From Gemmatimonadales bacterium (lineage in GTDB: Bacteria; Gemmatimonadota; Gemmatimonadetes; Gemmatimonadales; GWC2-71-9), in NCBI GenBank assembly GCA_035574255.1, contig DATLYZ010000002.1, positions 1,440-65,439 of the forward strand: DNA of 64,000 nt, written 5' to 3'. The position numbers and the translations under genes were made by a program. Position 1 is the stretch's first letter. Each line of letters opens with the position of its first letter. Of this stretch, positions 39,030 through 46,653 are shown in pieces. Below the pieces are notes generated by a model, which saw only the letters and a list, made by a program, of their open reading frames with translations, was not told the origin of the DNA and made no database searches.

Positions 39030-40457
39030 ATGTCCTCTCCCCGTGTCCGCTTCGCGCCGTCCCCGACCGGCTACCTGCACGTGGGCGGCGCACGCACCGC
39101 GCTCTTCAACTGGCTTTTCGCCAGGAAGACGGGCGGGACGTTCATCCTCCGGATCGAGGATACCGATCGCGAGCGCAGCACCGACGAACACACCCGGGTC
39201 ATCCTGGACGGGCTCACCTGGCTCGGCATCACCTGGGACGAGGGGCCCTACTTCCAGGGCGAATACGCCGCGCGCCACCGGGCTGACGCGGAGCGATTGC
39301 TCGCGGACGGCCAGGCCTACCGCTGCTTCTGTACCCGCGACGAGCTGGAGGCCGCGCGGGTCGCCGCGGAGCGGGCGGGCCAGAGCTTTCGCTACGACGG
39401 GCGCTGCGATCGGCTCTCGCCCGCCGAGGTGGAGGACCGGCTCGCCCGCGGGGTCCCCTTCGCCATCCGGCTCCGGATGCCGGACCAGGAGCTCGCCTGG
39501 GACGACGCGGTCCACGGCCGGATCAGCTTCCAGGGTCGCGATCTGGACGACTTCATCGTGCTCCGGAGCGACGGCACGCCGGTCTACAATCTCGCCGTGG
39601 TGTCCGACGACCTCGCCATGCGGATCACCCACGTGATCCGGGGCGACGACCACATCTCCAACACGCCCAAGCAGATCGCCATCTACCGGGCCCTGGGCCG
39701 GCCCCTGCCGGTCTTCGCCCATGTGCCGATGATCCTGGGGCCGGACGGGAAGAAGCTCTCCAAGCGGCACGGCGCCACCGCCGTGGGCGATTATCAGAAG
39801 CAGGGCATCCTGCCCCTCGCCATGCGCAACTTCCTCGCCCTGCTCGGCTGGTCCCCGGGGGGAGACCGGGAGATTCTCTCCGAGTCCGAGATGATCCAGC
39901 TCTTCTCGCTGGAAGGGATCCAAAAAAAGCCGGCGGTGTTCGACGTCACCAAGCTCGAATGGATGAACGGGCAGTATCTCTCGATGCTGCCGCCGGCTGA
40001 ACTCCGCGCTCCCGTGCTGCGCCATCTGGCGGAGATGGGCCTCACGGTGAACGGAGTGGACCTCGATCCGGTGATTGACGCGGTGAAGGCCCGGTCGCGC
40101 ACCCTGCTCGATGTGGCGCGGCAGGTCGCGGTGCGGCTCCGCGGCGCTCCGGGCGATCCGGACCCCAAGGCCACCCAGTTCGTGACCAAGCTCGGCCCCG
40201 AGCGCTACCGAGAGAACCTGGAGCGGGCCGCCCGGCGGCTCGAAACACTGGAAGATTGGACGCCTGCCTCGATCGCGGCCGCGCTCGCGGCGGAGGCGGA
40301 GCGGAGCGGCCAGAAGCTGGGCGACGTCATGCAGCCGATCCGCATCGCGCTCACCGGCGGGACCGTCTCCGAGCCGGTGGACCAGCTGGTCTCGGTGATC
40401 GCCCGCGCGGCCGGCCGGGAGGCGGTGCTGGCCCGGCTCCGGAACGCGGCGCGGTGA
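39030..40457 (+). CDS. gltX: glutamate--tRNA ligase
   Basis: In-frame ATG 39030 within ORF 38961..40457. HIGH motif region RVRFAPSPTGYLHVGGARTALFNW, plus ILRIEDTDRERS and the KMSKS-equivalent KLSKRHG. Confidence 0.95.
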   Translation: MSSPRVRFAPSPTGYLHVGGARTALFNWLFARKTGGTFILRIEDTDRERSTDEHTRVILDGLTWLGITWDEGPYFQGEYAARHRADAERLLADGQAYRCFCTRDELEAARVAAERAGQSFRYDGRCDRLSPAEVEDRLARGVPFAIRLRMPDQELAWDDAVHGRISFQGRDLDDFIVLRSDGTPVYNLAVVSDDLAMRITHVIRGDDHISNTPKQIAIYRALGRPLPVFAHVPMILGPDGKKLSKRHGATAVGDYQKQGILPLAMRNFLALLGWSPGGDREILSESEMIQLFSLEGIQKKPAVFDVTKLEWMNGQYLSMLPPAELRAPVLRHLAEMGLTVNGVDLDPVIDAVKARSRTLLDVARQVAVRLRGAPGDPDPKATQFVTKLGPERYRENLERAARRLETLEDWTPASIAAALAAEAERSGQKLGDVMQPIRIALTGGTVSEPVDQLVSVIARAAGREAVLARLRNAAR

Positions 40458-41638
40458 TCGGGCACGGCCAGCGCCGGCGGCCCCGGGCCGCCGCCCTGGC
40501 GGTCCTGGCCCTCCGGGCCCTCTCGCCCCTGCTGCCGGCCCATCTCTCGATCGCGGCCGCCTCGGCCGCCCAGTCCCCGGACTCGGCGGCAAGGACCGCT
40601 CCCAGCGTCCGCCTCGTCTTCACCGGCGACATCAACCTCGGTACCCGCACCCTTGCGGACGGGCTCCCGGCCGACAGCGGCCGGACCCTGTTCGCCGGGG
40701 TGGACTCCCTGCTCCGCGGCGAGTTCGTGATCGGCAATTTCGAGGGGGTGCTCTCGGACACCGGCGAATCGGCCAAGTGCCGGAAGGACTCGACGGTCTG
40801 CTATGCGTTTGCGACGCCGACCTGGCTCGCACCGCGGCTCGTCGAGGCCGGCTTCACCCATCTCAACCTGGCCAACAACCACGCCAACGATTACGGCTTG
40901 GAGGCGCGGCTCCACACCCAGCGGGTCTTCGATTCGCTGGGCCTTCGCTGGTACGGGCCGCTGGAGCAGATCGTGATCCAGCCGGTCTGGGTGGGCGAGA
41001 CCCCGGTCGTGGTCGGCCTGATCGGGTTCGCCACCTACCCGTTCGCGTACAACCTGCTCGATCTCGAACGGAGCCGCACGGTGGTGGATTCGATCCGTCG
41101 CTACGTGGACCTGCTGGTGGTGACGTTCCACGGCGGGCGCGAAGGCGCGGAGGCGATTCGGGTTCCCCGGGGGCCCGAGACCATGGCGGGGGAGCCGCGC
41201 GGCGATCTCAGGCGCTGGACCCACGCGGTGATCGACGCCGGAGCCGACGCGGTGGTGGGCCACGGGCCGCACGTGCTCCGGGGCGTCGAGTTCTACCGCG
41301 GGAAGCCGGTATTCTATTCGCTCGGCAACTTCGCGACCTACCGCGGGTTCAACCTGGACTCACCGCGCGACCTCACCGCGGTCCTCCTGCTCGACCTGCA
41401 CCCCGGCGGCGGCTTCGCCGCGGCCCGGCTGGTGAGCCTCCGCCAGCTTCCGTTCCAGGGTCCGGTGCCCGACTCGAGCGGCGCCGCCCTGCGGCTCGTC
41501 CGGCGAGTGACTCGCCAGGATTTCGGAGCGACAGGGGCGCGGATCGGAGAACGCGGTGAGGTGTTCCCACCGGCTGGGATTCCCCCCCGCCGCGCCCCCA
41601 GCAATCCACCAGACCCGAACGAGAGCGGGGCGACCTGA
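40454..41638 (+). CDS. CapA-family (PGA_cap) metallophosphatase-like exported protein
   Basis: In-frame GTG 40454 overlaps the gltX stop (GTGA). Has a signal-like N-terminus. Contains FTGDINLG, NLANNHANDYG, VTFHGGRE and HGPHVLRGVEFYRGKPVFYSLGNF. Confidence 0.8.
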   Translation: MIGHGQRRRPRAAALAVLALRALSPLLPAHLSIAAASAAQSPDSAARTAPSVRLVFTGDINLGTRTLADGLPADSGRTLFAGVDSLLRGEFVIGNFEGVLSDTGESAKCRKDSTVCYAFATPTWLAPRLVEAGFTHLNLANNHANDYGLEARLHTQRVFDSLGLRWYGPLEQIVIQPVWVGETPVVVGLIGFATYPFAYNLLDLERSRTVVDSIRRYVDLLVVTFHGGREGAEAIRVPRGPETMAGEPRGDLRRWTHAVIDAGADAVVGHGPHVLRGVEFYRGKPVFYSLGNFATYRGFNLDSPRDLTAVLLLDLHPGGGFAAARLVSLRQLPFQGPVPDSSGAALRLVRRVTRQDFGATGARIGERGEVFPPAGIPPRRAPSNPPDPNESGAT

Positions 41639-41682
41639 GGCCGCCCCGCTCTCCCGGATCCAGGCTCCCGCGAACGCCGAGG

Positions 41683-43440
41683 TCACGGCGAGAGGCGTCC
41701 GGTTCCGTCCGGGTCGCCCGGTGGGACCACCGGGTTCTGCGCCGCAGCCCGGATCGGAGCCGGGGACGCCGGGAGCGGTGTGAGGTCAACCTTGGCGACC
41801 CCCGCCAGCACCAGCGTGTTGGTCATGTCGTACCACAGCGCGAAATCGTTGGGACCCAGGGTAATGACCGAGGCGCACCCCATCGAGACGCCGTTCATGC
41901 CGGCGGTAATCTGGTGCTGGCGCAGAGAGGAGGCCGGTTGAACCACGCGGCCGCAATCCACCGACTGGCCGATGTTGGTCATGACCGCGCCCATGCCGAG
42001 CAGGAACGCGTTCTCGACGGCAATCCCCGATCCGTAATAGCCCTGGTGCTCGCCGATGAAGACGATGCGGCCCCCCTCGCCCGCGAACAACTTCATCAGA
42101 TTGATCTCGGCATTCGTGAACGTGACCATCGGGGTCCAGAGGAGGAGGACCTTGACGTTCGGAGCGAACGCCGCGGTGAACGTGGAGCTGGTATCGTCCA
42201 CCGGCACCATACCGGTGGACCGAATGATCGCCGCCATGATCGTGTTGCTCTGCACCGAACAGGCGAAGCCGCACGCCGAGCTGTGGCCGAGGTGGAACAG
42301 CACGGTGTTGCCGGCCACTCGAGGTCCCGGTCCGGTGAAGGTGACGAGGTTCCTGATCAGGCGGTCGTTGTCCACCGAGTCCAGCGCGACCGCGGCGCTG
42401 TCCCAGATGTTGATGTCGTTGAAGACCACGACGTCCGCCCCCGCGGACGGCACCGGATTGATCACCACCACCGCGCATCCCGTCACCGACGGATTGGCGG
42501 TCACCCGGGCGCAGACCTGCACCGTGGGCGGATTCGGCACCGCCCGTGGCGCCGTGTAGAACCCGGTGCTGTCAATGGATCCCACGGTCACGTTCCCGCC
42601 CACCACACCGTTCACCAGCCACTCGTAGGGGCCCGGCGGCCCGCTCGTCACCGCGAACTGTTGCGTCCCGCCGGGGAGCTTCTCCACCGAATCGGGCAGC
42701 AGGAGGAGCTGGGTGCCCGCCGGCGTCACCGAGACGAGCGTGGAATCGAGCAGGCTGTCGCGCGGGGACGGTACCGGGACCCGCGCCACCACCCAGAACG
42801 AGGTAGCGGTCGCGGGAGCCCGCAGCAGGCCGGTCGCGTTCATCCCGATCCCCGGGTTGCTGGTGCGCCAGCTGACGTACACGCTCTCCGGCGGCACGGG
42901 CTGCCGCTGGGCGTCGAAGGCGAGCACCGAGAAGGCCAGCGAGTCGCTCGCGGCGACCTGCGGCGACACCGGGGTGATGGCGATGGAGTCCACGTTGCTC
43001 CCGGGTCCCAGATAGACCGGCGGCGCGGGCGGCGCCTGCGCTGTGCTTCCGGGGGAGAGCGTGACGCTGCTCGTGCTCGCGAAGAGCACCCGGCCGGCCG
43101 CGTTCCGGAAATCCACCTCCAGGGTCAACGTCTCCTGGCCGCTCACCACGAGCTGGAGCGTGGCCTGGAGCGAGCGGGCATCCACCGAGAACGGGAAGGT
43201 CTGGCTCAGCACGACCGCAGCAGGCGGCCGGATCAGCCGGACCGTGACTTGGGTGATCTCGAGACCGGTGCCCGCGAAGTTGGCGCCGAGCGGAGGAAGT
43301 CGAGTGACGACGCGGAGGCTGGCCAGCGCCGGGCCCGGGCCGGTGCCCGCTTCCTGGCAGGTGCTGAGCAGGAGGCTCGCGGCTGCCAGGGGCAGCGCTC
43401 GGCGGACACCCGAGAGGGTGCGGGACTGGTATGGGAGCAT
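41683..43440 (-). CDS. large lipoprotein: Ig-like repeats plus an uncharacterised C-terminal alpha/beta domain (hypothetical)
   Basis: In-frame ATG 43438..43440 within ORF 41683..43875. MLPYQSRTLSGVRRALPLAAASLLLSTC carries a lipobox. The beta-rich middle resembles Big_2 (QQFAVTS...GFYTAP). The C-terminal ~230 aa (VKVLLLWTP...GGRIVFIGEHQGYYG) has no family I can name. Confidence 0.6.
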   Translation of the reverse strand: MLPYQSRTLSGVRRALPLAAASLLLSTCQEAGTGPGPALASLRVVTRLPPLGANFAGTGLEITQVTVRLIRPPAAVVLSQTFPFSVDARSLQATLQLVVSGQETLTLEVDFRNAAGRVLFASTSSVTLSPGSTAQAPPAPPVYLGPGSNVDSIAITPVSPQVAASDSLAFSVLAFDAQRQPVPPESVYVSWRTSNPGIGMNATGLLRAPATATSFWVVARVPVPSPRDSLLDSTLVSVTPAGTQLLLLPDSVEKLPGGTQQFAVTSGPPGPYEWLVNGVVGGNVTVGSIDSTGFYTAPRAVPNPPTVQVCARVTANPSVTGCAVVVINPVPSAGADVVVFNDINIWDSAAVALDSVDNDRLIRNLVTFTGPGPRVAGNTVLFHLGHSSACGFACSVQSNTIMAAIIRSTGMVPVDDTSSTFTAAFAPNVKVLLLWTPMVTFTNAEINLMKLFAGEGGRIVFIGEHQGYYGSGIAVENAFLLGMGAVMTNIGQSVDCGRVVQPASSLRQHQITAGMNGVSMGCASVITLGPNDFALWYDMTNTLVLAGVAKVDLTPLPASPAPIRAAAQNPVVPPGDPDGTGRLSP

Positions 43441-43534
43441 GGGGGCCACGGGCCTCAAGGTGTAGGCCGGATTGACCTCCCGCAAGTGGGGTACCGCCAT
43501 GGCCCCGCCGGCTAAGTGCGTGGCTGGTACGGCA

Positions 43535-43978
43535 CTAGACCATGACGCCAGAACGGAAGCGCCAGATTCGGCGCAACAGATCGTCGAGGTAACCCTGCGC
43601 CACAAAGGCCTGGACCGCCGCCATGGTCGCCTCGGCGTCCATCCCCCAGAGAAGCCCCCGCTTCGGGTCACCATCGAAATCGGCCTGTACGAAGGCCCGC
43701 TGGTCCTGGGTCCAGAGGGTGGGAAGCCGCTGCACCAGGTCCGCCGCCAGGCCGTTGACGCCCGGGCCCCCGATGGCCAGCGTCGGATTGAGGTGGAAAA
43801 TCCGGTTCTCGAGATACCACACGTCCCCCACCACCACCGCCCGGCGAAACGGCTGGCCGTCGCTCCGCCGGTCAATCTCGTGCTTCAGGCGATAGGCGGT
43901 GGGCCGGTCGCGCTCCTCGGCCCGGATATCGGAGCCGGTAACCAGCACGACGGTTTCGTCGGTATCGACCAGCTTCAT
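43535..43978 (-). CDS. hypothetical cytoplasmic protein (147 aa)
   Basis: In-frame ATG 43976..43978 within ORF 43535..44053: MKLVDTDETVVLVTGSDIRAEERDRPTAYRLKHEIDRR...GLLWGMDAEATMAAVQAFVAQGYLDDLLRRIW. It begins 14 nt after the upstream stop. I recognise no motif. Confidence 0.5.
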   Translation of the reverse strand: MKLVDTDETVVLVTGSDIRAEERDRPTAYRLKHEIDRRSDGQPFRRAVVVGDVWYLENRIFHLNPTLAIGGPGVNGLAADLVQRLPTLWTQDQRAFVQADFDGDPKRGLLWGMDAEATMAAVQAFVAQGYLDDLLRRIWRFRSGVMV

Positions 43979-43991
43979 GCTCTCGGTCCCT

Positions 43992-44801
43992 TCATGGCTG
44001 GTCCGAGCCGGGCCGCGGGCTCGCCGCCGTATCCGGCCGCTCCCGCTGGGCACGCTCGAAGTCCTTCTCCCGCTGCTTCTCTTCCCGGAGCCGGCGGATC
44101 GCCTCCTTGAACTCCGCGAGGTTGGTGGAGCGGAGCGCCGCGCGCTGCAGATCGTCCATGATCACCTGGCCGTTGTGGTCGAGCGCGGTCTGCTGGTTCC
44201 CGCCGCTCGGGAGAGGAAGCAGCGCGAGCACGGCGGCGGGAATCTTGAGCCCTGCGATGTAGATGTTCTTCCCATCCAGCCCGAATTTCTTGCCGTCCAC
44301 CTCGGTCACCCACTCCGGCATCCGGACCTGGCCGGCCCCGGGCTCGTTCGCGATCGAATCGAGGTAGGCCTGCACGATCGCCTTGACCGCGCTGTCCACC
44401 AGCTCCTCGTGGGTTCGGGCGAGGCGCCGCGCCAGGTCGCGAGGCGGAAGCGGGAGAGGCCGCACCCAGAGCCGCCCGTCGCCGAGCGAGGGCCGCAAAC
44501 TGGGCGGCAGGCGGGCGGGGGCCTCCCGGGGAGCCGGCTCCGACGCCGGCGGCGCCACCGGCCGAGCGGTGTCGGCGGGCAGGGGGTTCGGCGGCGGCCG
44601 GAGACGCGGGCGCCGTCCGCCTCCCTGCTCCAGCCTCGGCACATAGTAAGGCATCGGGGAGGCGCGTTCCTGATCCGGTTCCGGCAGCGGCAGCAGCACC
44701 ACGGACGGGCGGCGCGGGACCTCCGGGAGCCGGCCCTCGATCACCACCAGCAAGAGCAAGCCGTGGAGAGCCAGGCTCGCCAGGATCGCGAGCCGGCGCA
44801 T
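43992..44801 (-). CDS. hypothetical membrane-anchored protein with Pro-rich linker (269 aa)
   Basis: In-frame ATG 44799..44801 within ORF 43992..45188. MRRLAILASLALHGLLLLVVIEG forms a TM anchor. A ~90-aa Pro/Arg-rich spacer follows (a TonB-like layout). The C-terminal domain is globular with a charged coiled tail (EFKEAIRRLREEKQREKDFERAQRE). Confidence 0.5.
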   Translation of the reverse strand: MRRLAILASLALHGLLLLVVIEGRLPEVPRRPSVVLLPLPEPDQERASPMPYYVPRLEQGGGRRPRLRPPPNPLPADTARPVAPPASEPAPREAPARLPPSLRPSLGDGRLWVRPLPLPPRDLARRLARTHEELVDSAVKAIVQAYLDSIANEPGAGQVRMPEWVTEVDGKKFGLDGKNIYIAGLKIPAAVLALLPLPSGGNQQTALDHNGQVIMDDLQRAALRSTNLAEFKEAIRRLREEKQREKDFERAQRERPDTAASPRPGSDQP

Positions 44802-44835
44802 CCATCGCCGCGGACGGCGGGGACGGAACCCGAAG

Positions 44836-46029
44836 TCAGGAGGCCGCAACCCCGGCACGAGAGCCCATTCTCCGCAAGGTACGCCCGAGCCGCCCCGCCG
44901 CCTCACGGAGCCGCTCCGGCGGCACGGTGAGCGCGACCCGGAAGAATCCTTCGCCCCCCGGACCGAACGCGCTTCCCGGCAGCACCACCACCGCCTCTTC
45001 CTCCAGGGCGGTCCGGGCGAACCCGGCCGAGGCGACATCCTCCGGAAGGGGAACCCAGCAATACATCGTGGCCCGGGGCGGCTCGACCGTGAAGCCGGCG
45101 GCGCGGAGCGCGGCCACGCCAGCGTCCCTCCGCCGGGCCAGCTCCGCGACGATCGGCCGGACCAGCTCTTCGGCATGGTCCAAGGCAAAGGCGCCGGCCT
45201 GCTGCACCGCGAGCCAGGGGCCGGTGTCCACGTACGACTTGACCCGGGTAAGCGCGGCGATCAAGTCGGCCCGCCCCGCCGCCCAGCCGAGTCGCCAGCC
45301 CGTCATCGAAAAGCTCTTGGAAAGCGAGTGGAACTCGAGGGCAACCTCGCGGGCACCGGGAATCTCGAAGATGCTCGGCGCCCGGTAGCCGTCGAAGGTG
45401 AGGTCGCAGTAAGGATTGTCGTAGGCCAGCACGATCCCGTGCCGGCGGCACAGCGCGACGGTTCGCTCCAGGTAGTCCCGGGGGGCCACCGCGGCCGTCG
45501 GGTTGTTCGGGTAGTTGAGAAAGACCAGCCGGGTCCGGCGGAGCGCCGCCTCGCCGATCTCCTCCAGCTCCACCAGAAACCGGGTCCGCGGGGTGAGCGG
45601 GTAGCGATACGGTTCGCCCCCGGCGAGCAGCGTGCCGCCCAGGTACGCCTGGTAGCCGGGTTCCGGCACGACGGCCAGGTCACCCGGATCGAGCACCGCC
45701 TGCGGCAGGTGCGCCAGCCCTTCCTTCGAGCCGATGAGCGGCAGGGTCTCGGTGACCGGGTCGAACTGGATGCCGAACCGCCGCTCCATCCACCGACACG
45801 CGGCGCGCCGGAACTCGGGCAGCCCCTGCTGGAATCCGTACTTGCTCAGCGCGGGATCGCCCAGCGCCTGCCGCATCGCCTCGACCACCGGCGCGGGCGG
45901 CGGATAGTCGGCATCTCCCGCTCCCAGATCAATCAGGTCCACCCCCTGCTCCAGCAGCCGGCGCTTGATACCGGGCAGCTCGGCGAGCGGGTAGCCGGGA
46001 AGCAGATCGACCCGCCGGCTCAGGCGCAT
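44836..46029 (-). CDS. class I/II PLP-dependent aminotransferase (LL-diaminopimelate aminotransferase-like)
   Basis: ORF 44836..46029. Contains LIDLGAGDADYPPP, FLNYPNNPTAA and the PLP-Lys segment HSLSKSFSMTGWRLGW. Confidence 0.85.
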   Translation of the reverse strand: MRLSRRVDLLPGYPLAELPGIKRRLLEQGVDLIDLGAGDADYPPPAPVVEAMRQALGDPALSKYGFQQGLPEFRRAACRWMERRFGIQFDPVTETLPLIGSKEGLAHLPQAVLDPGDLAVVPEPGYQAYLGGTLLAGGEPYRYPLTPRTRFLVELEEIGEAALRRTRLVFLNYPNNPTAAVAPRDYLERTVALCRRHGIVLAYDNPYCDLTFDGYRAPSIFEIPGAREVALEFHSLSKSFSMTGWRLGWAAGRADLIAALTRVKSYVDTGPWLAVQQAGAFALDHAEELVRPIVAELARRRDAGVAALRAAGFTVEPPRATMYCWVPLPEDVASAGFARTALEEEAVVVLPGSAFGPGGEGFFRVALTVPPERLREAAGRLGRTLRRMGSRAGVAAS

Positions 46030-46041
46030 GCGCAGGCTCCC

Positions 46042-46653
46042 TCAGCGAACCGGATTCCGCAGGACACCCACCCCCGGGATCTCCACCTCGACCACGTCCC
46101 CGCGGCTCAGCACGCCGGTGCCCGCGGGGGTGCCGGTGGCGATGAGATCCCCCGGCTCCAGCGTCATCACGGCGGTAATGAAAGAGAGGAGAAAGGGAAT
46201 CCCAAACGCCATCTCGGTGGCCCGGGCGCGCTGTCGTTCCGCCCCGTTGAGCCTCCCGATCACTTCCAGGCTCTTCCAGTCGAGGCCCGTCGCCACCCGG
46301 GGGCCCGCCGGACAGAAGGTGTCGAAGGCCTTCGCCCGGGTCCACTGCCCGTCCTTTTTCTGGAGATCGCGCGCCGTCACGTCGTTCACACACAGAAAGC
46401 CGATGGGGGCCCGCTCGGCCTCCTCGAGGGAGAGATGGCGTAGCCGCTCCAGGGCGACCACCCCGATTTCCGCCTCGAACTCCACCTGCCGCGAGAGCGC
46501 GGGCAGCACGATGGGCTCCTCCGGTCCCACCAGGGCCGAGGTGGGCTTGAGAAACAGGATGGGCTCCTCGGGCAGGGGATTCCCCAGCTCCTCGGCGTGC
46601 GCCCGGTAATTCCGCCCCACACCCACGATCTTGGTCGGCCGAGGGAGATTCAT
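46042..46653 (-). CDS. fumarylacetoacetate hydrolase (FAH) family protein
   Basis: Last 203 codons of ORF 46042..49077. The ATG overlaps the helicase stop (ATGA). Contains KIVGVGRNYRAHAEELG, EFEAEIGVV, NDVTARDLQ and GDLIATGTPAGTG. Confidence 0.85.
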   Translation of the reverse strand: MNLPRPTKIVGVGRNYRAHAEELGNPLPEEPILFLKPTSALVGPEEPIVLPALSRQVEFEAEIGVVALERLRHLSLEEAERAPIGFLCVNDVTARDLQKKDGQWTRAKAFDTFCPAGPRVATGLDWKSLEVIGRLNGAERQRARATEMAFGIPFLLSFITAVMTLEPGDLIATGTPAGTGVLSRGDVVEVEIPGVGVLRNPVR

